From Candidatus Fraserbacteria bacterium (GTDB taxonomy: Bacteria > Bipolaricaulota > Bipolaricaulia > RBG-16-55-9 > DRXL01): 64,000 bases of DNA. The stretch spans positions 64,001-128,000 of the forward strand of contig CAMTVK010000021.1 in the NCBI GenBank assembly GCA_947085185.1. The letters are read 5' to 3'. The first letter of the stretch is position 1. Each line of letters opens with the position of its first letter. A program made the position numbers and the translations under genes. This document shows, piece after piece, positions 9,803 to 18,425 of this stretch. The notes under the pieces were generated by a model. The model was not told the DNA's origin. It saw only the letters and a program-made list of their open reading frames with translations, and ran no database searches.

Positions 9803-10366
9803 ATGAAAGAACACAAAGCGATAGCTGATCTCGTGCGGCGTTTGCTCGCTCATATTGGGGAGGATCCCCAGCGCGAGGGCCTGCGCCAGACCCCACAACG
9901 CTTCACAGAGATGCTCGAAGCGCTCACCATGGGCTATCGCCAAGATCCAAAAGAGATCATCTCCGGGGCGATCTTCCCCGTAGCCTACGACCAGATGATC
10001 GTCGCCAAAGATATTCTCTTTTACAGTTTGTGCGAGCATCATATCCTGCCCTTCTTCGGCAAAGCTCATGTGGGCTATATCCCCGACGGCAGGGTGCTGG
10101 GCATGAGCAAGATCCCCCAGATCGTCGAACACTTCTCGAAGAGGCTGCAAATACAAGAGCGCATGAGCGAGGAGATCGCCGATTTCTTAATGGAAGCGCT
10201 CACTCCCAAGGGGGTCGGCGTCGTCGTCGAGGGCTTTCATCTGTGTATGGCCATGCGAGAGCTCCAAAAAGACGCATGGCTTGTCACCAGCGCTGTCAGG
10301 GGCCTCTTCAAGAGAGATCCGCGCACCCGCGCGGAGTTCATGGAGCTTATTGGGCGACGCTTATGA
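9803..10366 (+). CDS. folE: GTP cyclohydrolase I
   Basis: GEDPQREGL, SLCEHHILPF, RLQIQERM, HLCM. Confidence 0.95.
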   Translation: MKEHKAIADLVRRLLAHIGEDPQREGLRQTPQRFTEMLEALTMGYRQDPKEIISGAIFPVAYDQMIVAKDILFYSLCEHHILPFFGKAHVGYIPDGRVLGMSKIPQIVEHFSKRLQIQERMSEEIADFLMEALTPKGVGVVVEGFHLCMAMRELQKDAWLVTSAVRGLFKRDPRTRAEFMELIGRRL

Positions 10367-10746
10367 GACGGCATCAAGACTGGCTTCGTCAAGCCAAGCG
10401 CAAGCTGGAGTCAGCTCAGTGGGCTATCCAAGGGCAGTTCTACGAAGATGCGTGCTTCGCTGCCCAGCAAGCAGCAGAGCTCGCCGCCAAAGCCCTTTTA
10501 GAGAGCCAAGGACGGATCGAGCTCGGCCATTCTGTGCTGCAACTGCTCAAGGCTGCCGGAGTGCGCCAGCGCAAGATCCTCGCCGCGGCTCGCCTCCTGG
10601 ATCGGTATTATATACCCACACGATACCCTAACGGCTTTGCTCAAGGGGCTCCTATGGATTATTATGATAAGCCCACAGCCCAGGAGGCGGTACGCCGTGC
10701 GCAGGATATCGTGGACTTCGTGGAAACCCAGATTAGCAGCGTATAA
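10363..10746 (+). CDS. HEPN domain protein
   Basis: ACFAAQQAAE..KA, GHS, LDRYYIPTRYPN; ATG overlaps the folE stop. Confidence 0.85.
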   Translation: MRRHQDWLRQAKRKLESAQWAIQGQFYEDACFAAQQAAELAAKALLESQGRIELGHSVLQLLKAAGVRQRKILAAARLLDRYYIPTRYPNGFAQGAPMDYYDKPTAQEAVRRAQDIVDFVETQISSV

Positions 10747-10750
10747 GCAC

Positions 10751-11161
10751 GTGGCAGCGCTCGAGGCCTTCCTGCAACGCGCCCAAAGCCACCTCCACCC
10801 AGCTGCCCTCATTCTCTTCGGCTCGCTTGCTAAAGACGATTATCACCAACAGAGCGACGCCGATGTCTGCGTCATCTTAGATCACCCCTCGGTGGACTTC
10901 TTTGCAGGGTACGATCGCGTCGCACGCTTAGACCCAGAGGGCATCGTCCAGCCCGTCGTCTTTGGCACAAAGCAATTTCTTGAGCAGATATCTGCGGCCA
11001 ACGCGCTCGCCTTGGAGATCTGTCATGATGGCATCGTCTTGGCTGGGCGTGAAGACTATCTCGATCAAGTAGCGTTGAGCTTCGCTCGTGTCCGCTACGC
11101 CAAGACTGCTACGGGCTGGATTAAAATCCCGCACCGTCGCTCGGCGTATACGAGATCGTGA
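10751..11161 (+). CDS. Minimal nucleotidyltransferase (MNT), HEPN partner
   Basis: LFGSLAK..SDADV motif. Start (GTG 10751) uncertain. Confidence 0.8.
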   Translation: MAALEAFLQRAQSHLHPAALILFGSLAKDDYHQQSDADVCVILDHPSVDFFAGYDRVARLDPEGIVQPVVFGTKQFLEQISAANALALEICHDGIVLAGREDYLDQVALSFARVRYAKTATGWIKIPHRRSAYTRS

Positions 11162-11798
11162 ATTCTGCTAAAAATCCACTAAAATCCCGAGGCGGCCCAG
11201 GGACTCTCTCAGAGAAATGCTCCCATGCCCCAGACCAGGGCGACCAACTGTACCCCAGCGACGCCCTCAGCGTAATCACATCGGTCAGCACGAACTCGAT
11301 CCCACCCCGCAGCACTATCGCCAAGAACATGCGACGTAAGAGCGTGTCGTGGGCCGTCTGCAGGAGACTTTCAAACGTCTCTTCAGTGATGGCACGCACC
11401 CCCAAGAGCAACGTCGCCGTGCCCACACCAAGACCGCCGCTCCCAAAGGCGCGCAGCGCCGGAACTCTCTCCGAGAGCGCCCAACGACGATCTACAAACG
11501 CACTAAAATAGAAGAGCGTGAGGCTCACCCGGCGCGCTCCGCGCTCCGCGCCCACAGAACCCTCGGCAATAGACAATCCTAAGGGAAGCCATGCGACTGC
11601 GCGCACCCGCGTCCAGCTCCCTGTCATGGCGATGGGCGCAGAGATTTTCGGGAAGTCACTCTTCTCCAAAAGCCCATTGAGATCGCTCAGATTCACATAG
11701 AACAGCGCGGAGACCGGCTCAAAAGTCGGCCACGGCTCTTGGGCGCAGGCAGCCCCCGCCCACACGAGAACCCCCAACAGACCGAGCAGCTTGTTCAT
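11121..11798 (-). CDS. Secreted hypothetical protein, possible outer-membrane beta-barrel
   Basis: Signal peptide, alternating hydrophobic strands, GGAGG SD upstream. Confidence 0.55.
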   Translation of the reverse strand: MNKLLGLLGVLVWAGAACAQEPWPTFEPVSALFYVNLSDLNGLLEKSDFPKISAPIAMTGSWTRVRAVAWLPLGLSIAEGSVGAERGARRVSLTLFYFSAFVDRRWALSERVPALRAFGSGGLGVGTATLLLGVRAITEETFESLLQTAHDTLLRRMFLAIVLRGGIEFVLTDVITLRASLGYSWSPWSGAWEHFSERVPGPPRDFSGFLAEFTISYTPSDGAGF

Positions 11799-11848
11799 GA
11801 TCGAACCTCCTTCAACTTGGAACTTCGAACTTGCAACTGTGAACTGTT

Positions 11849-12739
11849 CTAATGCTCATACCCCCGATCGGGCAGAGTATAGCTTTCTGGGCCAAGCTGT
11901 AGAGTTATGCCCTGGTCTTTGGACACGACTCGCCCGATCACCGTGAATTCACAGACCCGCCGCGCCTCAAAGAGTTTCTCTTGAGGGAGCGTAAAGAGCA
12001 GCTCAAAGTCTTCCCCGAAAAAGAGCCCCATCTCGAAGATCTCGTCTTGATCGCGCGCCAGCTCTTCGACTTCGAGGGCGAACGGGATCGCCGTCGCGTC
12101 AATCTTGAACCCAACTTGACTGGCTTCGCCAAGCTGATAGAGCGAGCGCGCCAGCCCGTCAGAGATATCTATCATACTGCTGGCGAGGGGTGCGAGGGCC
12201 TGACCCTGGCGCACTCGGGGCAGAAAGCGCAACAGCTCATTGGCTTGCTCAAAGTCCTTCTCTGTGAGGAGCTGCAAGGCTGCCGCCGTCCGCCCCAGAT
12301 CGCCCGTCACGCAGACTAAGTCCGCGACGCGAGCACCGGAGCGCAAGACGGGTCTGGGCGCCTCCCCAAGTGCCGTCGTCACAACTGTGAACTCACTATG
12401 CCGATCAGTGTCCCCGCCCAAAAGGGGAGTCTGGCACGCGGTGCAGCACGCCAGCGCTCCATCCAAAAACTCCTTGAGAAATTTCCGATCAAACTGCGGC
12501 GCCCCAAGGGCGATCACAACCCCTATGGGCCGCCCGCCCATCGCGGCGATGTCGCTCAACGAGACAGCTACAGTGCGCCACCCCATCGTATAGGGCGCCA
12601 TCCCTTCGGGAAAATCCGTCTGACGGTGGAGCATATCGGTGGTCAGCAAGAGATTGGTCTTCTTAAACGGAACGACGGCGCAATCGTCGCCGATGGGGAG
12701 TCTCTCGCGTAAGAGCTTGATGACGTCGCGCTCGCGCAT
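11849..12739 (-). CDS. thiL: Thiamine-monophosphate kinase
   Basis: IGDDCA, SLSDIAAMGG, GGDT, DISDGL, GEDFEL. Confidence 0.93.
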   Translation of the reverse strand: MRERDVIKLLRERLPIGDDCAVVPFKKTNLLLTTDMLHRQTDFPEGMAPYTMGWRTVAVSLSDIAAMGGRPIGVVIALGAPQFDRKFLKEFLDGALACCTACQTPLLGGDTDRHSEFTVVTTALGEAPRPVLRSGARVADLVCVTGDLGRTAAALQLLTEKDFEQANELLRFLPRVRQGQALAPLASSMIDISDGLARSLYQLGEASQVGFKIDATAIPFALEVEELARDQDEIFEMGLFFGEDFELLFTLPQEKLFEARRVCEFTVIGRVVSKDQGITLQLGPESYTLPDRGYEH

Positions 12740-12754
12740 GGGCTTACTATACAC

Positions 12755-13513
12755 TCACGGCGACCTCTTGTCCATGTCGCCCATAATGGCCGCGATGTGC
12801 CTCTCTAATTTGGGGTAGTGCGTGCCGCGCCAGTAGGGCTTCTGGCAGCTTGTACAGATAAGAAACTCATCGTGCTCGACGGCGACCCGCGGGGGGATGT
12901 GGGAGAGAATCTGTTCTTTGGCGATGGGCTCAAGCAGCCCGTTGCACACCAAGCACCGTCGGAACGGGTCGATGAGCGCTTCTAAGTTGAAGCGTCGCAC
13001 GACGGCACGGGCTTGCTTGAGGGGATCGGTCGAGCGCAGCCAATAGCCGTGAGTGACGGCGTTGTGCTTGAGCAGATCGCGGTCGCGCGTGAGTACGATC
13101 CGCCCCTCTGCCGCCGCGATAGCTACAAGCTCCCTGTCTTCGTAGGAGTTTGAGTGCAGGGTGTCGAACCCCAAAAGCCGCAACAGACGCGCCAACTTCC
13201 CCAAGTGCACATCAGCAATGAACGCCATCTGTCTGAGTGGCTTCTCCCGCAGCTGCACGATGGGCGAGATGTCGAAGCTCTCGAAGACTGGGTAGACCGC
13301 AACGCGATCCCGATCGCTCAAACGATACAAAAACCCTACGGACTGCCCATTGACAATGATGAGATCAACTTCGGTGTGCGGCACCCCTAGGGCTTCAATA
13401 GCGTCCTTCACTGCCGGAGTGTTCTGAAATCTGTACTCGATATCACACTGGCGGTGTTTGGGCGGGAGGAAGTCGTTGAGTTCGCCGTAGAACCGAAAGA
13501 CTGCTGTACTCAT
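12755..13513 (-). CDS. Mut7-C RNase (PIN) protein with ubiquitin-like N-terminal domain
   Basis: FRFYGELNDFL..IEALGVPHTEV; DVHLGKLARLLRLLGFD; RCLVCNG..CTSC zinc ribbon. Confidence 0.88.
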   Translation of the reverse strand: MSTAVFRFYGELNDFLPPKHRQCDIEYRFQNTPAVKDAIEALGVPHTEVDLIIVNGQSVGFLYRLSDRDRVAVYPVFESFDISPIVQLREKPLRQMAFIADVHLGKLARLLRLLGFDTLHSNSYEDRELVAIAAAEGRIVLTRDRDLLKHNAVTHGYWLRSTDPLKQARAVVRRFNLEALIDPFRRCLVCNGLLEPIAKEQILSHIPPRVAVEHDEFLICTSCQKPYWRGTHYPKLERHIAAIMGDMDKRSP

Positions 13514-14381
13514 GGTCTGGGATGTATTTTACCAAGTTGGCACGCGTGAGCACAGTACGCTACACTCAATTCAGTGCAGGGCGGTCTTCCTTGACCGCTG
13601 GGATGGCACGTGTCCGCCGTGCGATGCAGCCATCAGCGCGGGATTGCAGCTGATTCTCACCGTGCGTGCCAACGGCGGCCCCCGCCTTCCCACAGCACCC
13701 CCAGCTCATCTTCATGCCTACCAAACGGCTCTTGCGGCGGTCCTCGATCGGTATCGCCCTGCAGTGCTCGTTGTGGAGAACGAAGAGAATTCGGCCCTGT
13801 TTTACTCCGGCACCCCGGAAGAATACGGCGTCCAAGTGCAAGCGGCCTGCGACGTTGCCCATCACAAACATATCCCCTGCACCAACGGAGGCTTGGTGAG
13901 TACGTTGGTAGCTCTCTTAGTGTACGATTATTACTTGTCCACAGGGCAGCTTTCTGCGGCTCGGGACTTTGCCTCACGAGCGTTCACCGCGGAGCAGCAA
14001 CAGCAGCTTGGGAGTGCCCAAGCTCAGGAGCAGATTCGCAAGGGCAAGGCACTACTTGCGGCTTACCGCGCCGCAGGTGTGGATTTTGTGAACTTTCATT
14101 GGTACATAGCCGATCCGGGCGCGCTGAAAGAAGCCGTAACGTATCTGCGGGCTCAGCTTGGCCGCCCTGTCATCACGAACGAAGTCGGGCAATTCACTGA
14201 TGATCCCACTGAGACGTGGAGCAAGATGAATACGATTGTGGAGCTGGGCCTGCCCATGGCCGTGTGGTTTGCCCAAGACGGGCCACAGGCCCGCGGGCTC
14301 GTCAACCCAAACGGCTCTCTGCGCCCAACAGGCGAAGCATTCCGACGCTTCATCGCCCAGACTTTTGGGACCAAACCATGA
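13512..14381 (+). CDS. Hypothetical protein, glycoside-hydrolase TIM-barrel-like, possibly 5'-truncated
   Basis: VENEE, NFHWY and ITNEVG resemble clan GH-A catalytic motifs. Its start overlaps the divergent gene's start. Confidence 0.5.
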   Translation: MVWDVFYQVGTREHSTLHSIQCRAVFLDRWDGTCPPCDAAISAGLQLILTVRANGGPRLPTAPPAHLHAYQTALAAVLDRYRPAVLVVENEENSALFYSGTPEEYGVQVQAACDVAHHKHIPCTNGGLVSTLVALLVYDYYLSTGQLSAARDFASRAFTAEQQQQLGSAQAQEQIRKGKALLAAYRAAGVDFVNFHWYIADPGALKEAVTYLRAQLGRPVITNEVGQFTDDPTETWSKMNTIVELGLPMAVWFAQDGPQARGLVNPNGSLRPTGEAFRRFIAQTFGTKP

Positions 14382-14422
14382 CGCTTGACAGAGCTCGCTC
14401 AGAGAGCTACAGTAAGAGTGCT

Positions 14423-15019
14423 ATGGGAGAGTCGGCCAAGACCAGGCTCAGCTACGAGGAGTTCTTAAAGCTCTACGACGAAGACGTCCACGCCGAGTGG
14501 ATGGACGGCGAGGTGATTCTGTTGTCCCCAGCATCGAGTCGTCATCAAGATCTCTCAGATTTCTTAACAGCCATCTTGAGAGCGTATGTGGAAGCCAAGC
14601 GGCTTGGTGTCGTGCGATCAGCACCCTTCCAGATGCGCCTTGGGCTTTCTGGGCGCGAGCCCGATCTGCTCTTTGTAGCCCAAGAACATATAGAGCGCCT
14701 CCAAGAGAACTATCTTGACGGCCCAGCAGATCTCGTCATTGAGATCGTCTCACCGGAGAGCCGCCTGCGCGACCGAGGCGAAAAATTAGCTGAATATGAG
14801 CTCTCTGGCGTGCGTGAGTATTGGCTCATTGACCCCGAGGAGAAGCGCGCCGATTTTTATATTCTCGGCGATGACGGGCGCTATGACCGCCGTCGGTCTG
14901 GACCTGAGGGGCGCTATCGCTCCGAAGTCTTGAAGGGCTTTGAGCTGGACACAAACTGGCTCTGGCGTTCTCCTCTGCCCCCGGTGCTCGAGGTCCTGCG
15001 GGAGCTCCGGCTCGTCTAA
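14423..15019 (+). CDS. Uma2 family endonuclease (DUF820)
   Basis: EWMDGEV, REPDL, PADLVIEIVSP, DRGEK..Y..GVREYWLIDP. Confidence 0.9.
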   Translation: MGESAKTRLSYEEFLKLYDEDVHAEWMDGEVILLSPASSRHQDLSDFLTAILRAYVEAKRLGVVRSAPFQMRLGLSGREPDLLFVAQEHIERLQENYLDGPADLVIEIVSPESRLRDRGEKLAEYELSGVREYWLIDPEEKRADFYILGDDGRYDRRRSGPEGRYRSEVLKGFELDTNWLWRSPLPPVLEVLRELRLV

Positions 15020-15043
15020 AGCTCGCGTGTTCCCCTCAAACAC

Positions 15044-15087
15044 TTGACAAAATCTTTGTTTGCCCATATAATTAGGACTCCTAATTA
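15044..15087 (+). promoter_or_regulatory. Sigma70 promoter with overlapping palindromic operator
   Basis: TTGACA(15044)-17 bp-TATAAT(15067); perfect 9-1-9 inverted repeat TAATTAGGA-C-TCCTAATTA at 15069-15087. Confidence 0.8.
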
Positions 15088-15114
15088 AATCTCGCAACGC
15101 TCAGGAGGTTCGCT

Positions 15115-15693
15115 ATGACGACTATTCCCGGCTACGCCTACGGGAGCGCCGCTCCCTCGCCCGTCACAATGAAAGAGCTCAATGAGCTCAAGCAAGCCGT
15201 GCTCTTCACCCCCGAAGACGAAAGATATCTCAAGATGGCCGGCGAAGTCCTCAAAGACCAGATCGAAGAAGTGCTCGATCTGTGGTACGGCTTTGTGGGG
15301 TCCCATCCCCACCTGGTCTATTATTTCTCTGGGCCAGACGGCAAGCCCGACGCAAATTATCTTGCTGCGGTGCGCAAGCGCTTCGGCCAGTGGATCTTGG
15401 ACACGTGCACCCGTCCGTATGATCAGACTTGGCTGAACTATCAGCACGAGATCGGGCTGCGCCACCACCGCACCAAGAAGAACCAAACAGATAGAGCTCG
15501 TTCAGTGCCCATCGTCCCATTACGATATCTCATTGCGTTCATCTATCCCATCACGGCGACGATCAAGCCCTTCTTGGCCAAGAAGGGGCACAGTCCCGAA
15601 GATCTTGAGAAAATGCATCAGGCATGGTTCAAGTCGGTGACGCTCCAAGTGGCGTTGTGGAGCTTCCCCTATGCGAAAGATCGAGATTTCTGA
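15115..15693 (+). CDS. Protoglobin
   Basis: IPGYAYG N-terminus, WYGFVGSHPHL, RFGQWILDT, IGLRHHRTKKNQTD, WFKSVTLQ; closely resembles archaeal protoglobins. Confidence 0.92.
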   Translation: MTTIPGYAYGSAAPSPVTMKELNELKQAVLFTPEDERYLKMAGEVLKDQIEEVLDLWYGFVGSHPHLVYYFSGPDGKPDANYLAAVRKRFGQWILDTCTRPYDQTWLNYQHEIGLRHHRTKKNQTDRARSVPIVPLRYLIAFIYPITATIKPFLAKKGHSPEDLEKMHQAWFKSVTLQVALWSFPYAKDRDF

Positions 15694-16283
15694 TGAGTGA
15701 ACTCGACGAGAAGCTGGTGGCGGCGCTGGAGCGGCTCTCGCATGTGATGCGAACGCTTCTGTGGGAAGAGGCTGTGCAGAGCCGCCTCAGCCCCATTCAG
15801 ATTCAGACGCTGATCTATCTGAGTTCACATCCGGAAGAGCTTTGCCGGGTAGGGCAGCTCGCCCACGAGTTCGGGCTCACCCCAGCGACCATCAGCGATG
15901 CTGTGGATGCCCTCGCAGAGAAGGGTCTTCTTGTACGTCGGCCCTGGCCTGAAGACGGGCGCGTCTTGACGTTGTGCTTAACGACCGAGGGCCAGCGTCA
16001 AGCGCAAAGGCTTTCGCGTTGGACCGAAGCGCTTCAAGAGCAGATCGCGCCCTTCCCCCTCGCAGAGAAGGAGCGTGCCTTGAGGTTCTTCTTGGAGCTC
16101 ATCGAGCGGCTCTATCGCGCGGGGATCATCACAGTTGCGCGGGTGTGCTTGACGTGCCGGTTCTTCCGCGCGAACGCCCATCCCAACTCGCAGACCCCGC
16201 ACCATTGCGCATTAATGGACAAGCCCTTGGCCGAGAGCAAGCTGCGCGTCGATTGCCCCGAGCATGAAGCGGCTCATTGCTGA
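15693..16283 (+). CDS. MarR-family regulator with C-terminal Cys cluster
   Basis: wHTH region (LSPIQIQ..TISDAV..L..KGL..DGR) plus CLTCRFF..HHC..DCPEH; ATG overlaps the protoglobin stop. Confidence 0.85.
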   Translation: MSELDEKLVAALERLSHVMRTLLWEEAVQSRLSPIQIQTLIYLSSHPEELCRVGQLAHEFGLTPATISDAVDALAEKGLLVRRPWPEDGRVLTLCLTTEGQRQAQRLSRWTEALQEQIAPFPLAEKERALRFFLELIERLYRAGIITVARVCLTCRFFRANAHPNSQTPHHCALMDKPLAESKLRVDCPEHEAAHC

Positions 16284-16831
16284 GCGCTCCTAGAGCTTTT
16301 TGCCAACAGCCAGATCACTCCCACCCCTAACAGCACATCCCCCACGCTGAACGCATTAGCAAACGGCACCCAGCTTGGCACCCAAAAGATATCTCCCAAA
16401 AGATTGAGCTTCGTCTGATCGCTCATCATGATGACATTCCCGAAGACGCCTTCTGTCAGCAATCTCTCGACTGTGGCTGTTCTGCCCGCAGCCCGCAGGG
16501 CTTCAAGGGACGCTGGCATATGCCCCCCATTGACGGTAATGACAAGAAAATTCGAGAGCATCCCCAGGGCCATCAACCACAGGGCCTTCTCGCGATAATT
16601 GAGCCCCACAAAGAGCAGTAAGAGCAGATACGACCCTATGTGTAAAAACTCCATGCCCCAAGTGACGAGGGGCTTCGATCCTGCCCCTAGGGGCAGGATC
16701 AGAATTTGCACGAGCACAGCGAGCAGCACCAGCCAGCTTGCACGCAGTTTCAGCTCTGCTAAATGGGCTATCCCTCGATGGCGTACTAGTCCAACGAGAA
16801 GCCCTAAGAGAATCGCCCAGAGGAGAACCAT
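16274..16831 (-). CDS. DUF5317-like membrane protein
   Basis: N..VI..NGGHMP and LGD..P......FSVGD motifs, several TM helices; overlaps the HD-GYP 3' end. Confidence 0.78.
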   Translation of the reverse strand: MVLLWAILLGLLVGLVRHRGIAHLAELKLRASWLVLLAVLVQILILPLGAGSKPLVTWGMEFLHIGSYLLLLLFVGLNYREKALWLMALGMLSNFLVITVNGGHMPASLEALRAAGRTATVERLLTEGVFGNVIMMSDQTKLNLLGDIFWVPSWVPFANAFSVGDVLLGVGVIWLLAKSSRSAQQ

Positions 16832-18111
16832 AGGGGTTCTTTCAGTTCATCGGAGATGACGCGCACGAGCGCCTCGACGACCTTTGGGTCGAACTGGCGG
16901 CCGCTTTCTGCTTGGATGAGGCGCACGGCCTCGGCGGGCTCGTAGTGTCTGGGTTTCCCTTGGGATTCGCGATACAGACGATCGCTCGTCAGAGCATGGT
17001 AGACATCAGCGACGTGGATGATGCGTGCGCCCAGGGGGATCTGTTCGCCCTTGAGGCCGTCGGGGTAGCCGGAGCCGTCCCAGCGCTCATGTTCGTATTT
17101 GACCAAGTGGGCGGCTTCGCTGTACATCTCTAAGTTTTTGAGCAGATCGAAGCCGATGACGGTGTGTTGTTTGACGAGCTGCCATTCGGGGTCATTGAGG
17201 GGGCCGGGCTTATTGAGGATATCGTCGGGGATGCCGACCTTGCCGATGTCATGGACGAGTGCGGCGGTGCGGATCGTCTCGATTTGGTCTTCGGGGAGTT
17301 CCATCTCGCGCGCGATCTTTTCGGCCAAGTCCGCGACTTCTTCGGAGTGTTCTGCCGTGTAGGGATCGCGCTCGTGGAGCATTTTGACCATGGTTTCGAT
17401 GGTGCGTTGGGTTTCCCTGCGGAGCTTGGAGTAGCCGCGCAGGGTGAGGTGGACGCCGACGGCAGGGATGAGCACCAAGAGCGTCTGCCAGGGAGCTTGG
17501 ACGTAGACGACAGCAGTCAAGATCGCAATGATGCCGATAGCAAGAACTTGGAAGGGGAGATGACGAATATGGAAGGTCACGAGTTTTGAGAACCTGATGC
17601 GCTGAGTTAGGTGAAGGATCCCAGAAACGAGGATTGTATTTGTTGCCGCGTAGCCGGCATAAGCGAGAACGAGCGGAACTATCTCAGCCAACGATTTATA
17701 CGGTGGCGAATGGCCGCCAAATGCCTGAAAGATCAAGACAGCTGCCCAACTGCTGAGTACTATTTGGCTTGTGTTGAAAGCAACACGAGAGAAAAAATAT
17801 AGCGGATCCTCTCGTAAACGATACCATCGCAAGACGATCTCAGCAAAGAGCGTTCCTAGTAGGACGCTCCAGAGCATTGCTGGCGGCCCGGCGATGAACA
17901 GTACGGCACAGTATATGATCTCAGATGTTGACATACTGCGCCGTGAAGCAATTTCGACTTCGAAGAGGTCAGCCAAAAACGCAAGGATCGTAGCGATCAG
18001 CACCAGCATTATCGGTGTCGGATCGTTCTGGATGCGAGGCAAATAGAAACTAAGCGGGGCAAAACTTAGAAGGACGACAAACCAGACATACACTCTTACT
18101 TGCCAACTCAT
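16804..18111 (-). CDS. HD-GYP cyclic-dinucleotide phosphodiesterase with multi-TM N-terminal sensor
   Basis: RDPYTAEHS, HDIGK, HERWDGSGYP, ADVYHAL, QFDP. Start ATG 18111 is preferred because 18150 lies in a terminator. Confidence 0.92.
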   Translation of the reverse strand: MSWQVRVYVWFVVLLSFAPLSFYLPRIQNDPTPIMLVLIATILAFLADLFEVEIASRRSMSTSEIIYCAVLFIAGPPAMLWSVLLGTLFAEIVLRWYRLREDPLYFFSRVAFNTSQIVLSSWAAVLIFQAFGGHSPPYKSLAEIVPLVLAYAGYAATNTILVSGILHLTQRIRFSKLVTFHIRHLPFQVLAIGIIAILTAVVYVQAPWQTLLVLIPAVGVHLTLRGYSKLRRETQRTIETMVKMLHERDPYTAEHSEEVADLAEKIAREMELPEDQIETIRTAALVHDIGKVGIPDDILNKPGPLNDPEWQLVKQHTVIGFDLLKNLEMYSEAAHLVKYEHERWDGSGYPDGLKGEQIPLGARIIHVADVYHALTSDRLYRESQGKPRHYEPAEAVRLIQAESGRQFDPKVVEALVRVISDELKEPLWFSSGRFS

Positions 18112-18134
18112 GTTGGCAGCATTATATGCAAAAT

Positions 18135-18163
18135 AAAAAAGGGAGTCCAATCCGGACTCCCTT
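18135..18163 (-). terminator. Intrinsic terminator after the small peptide gene
   Basis: AAGGGAGTCC-GGATT-GGACTCCCTT followed by TTTTATTTT on the minus strand. Confidence 0.8.
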
Positions 18164-18184
18164 GGGGAATTTCAGAGTTTGAGC

Positions 18185-18328
18185 TTATGTCCACTTCTGA
18201 CCGGCACCGCTCATGAGCACGAAGGCGCTGATGATAGCGAGAATATAGAGCACCCGCGCCCCGATCTTCTCCTTCACCCAACCGGCTACTCGCTCTGCTA
18301 CCTGCCCGTTGTATTCTCCCCACTTCAT
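18185..18328 (-). CDS. 47-aa peptide MKWGEYNGQVAERVAGWVKEKIGARVLYILAIISAFVLMSGAGQKWT (absent from the ORF track)
   Basis: AGGAGG SD 8 nt upstream, dedicated consensus promoter, downstream terminator. Confidence 0.8.
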   Translation of the reverse strand: MKWGEYNGQVAERVAGWVKEKIGARVLYILAIISAFVLMSGAGQKWT

Positions 18329-18364
18329 GGTCGTTGCCTCCTTTATGTTGTTGTTGATGGCCAT

Positions 18365-18393
18365 ATTTTATATGCACTTGTATGTTTTGTCAA
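18365..18393 (-). promoter_or_regulatory. Sigma70 promoter of the peptide gene
   Basis: TTGACA-17 bp-TAAAAT on the minus strand. Confidence 0.75.
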
Positions 18394-18425
18394 GAGCTAT
18401 AACAAAAATCGCGAGTGATTCTTTT

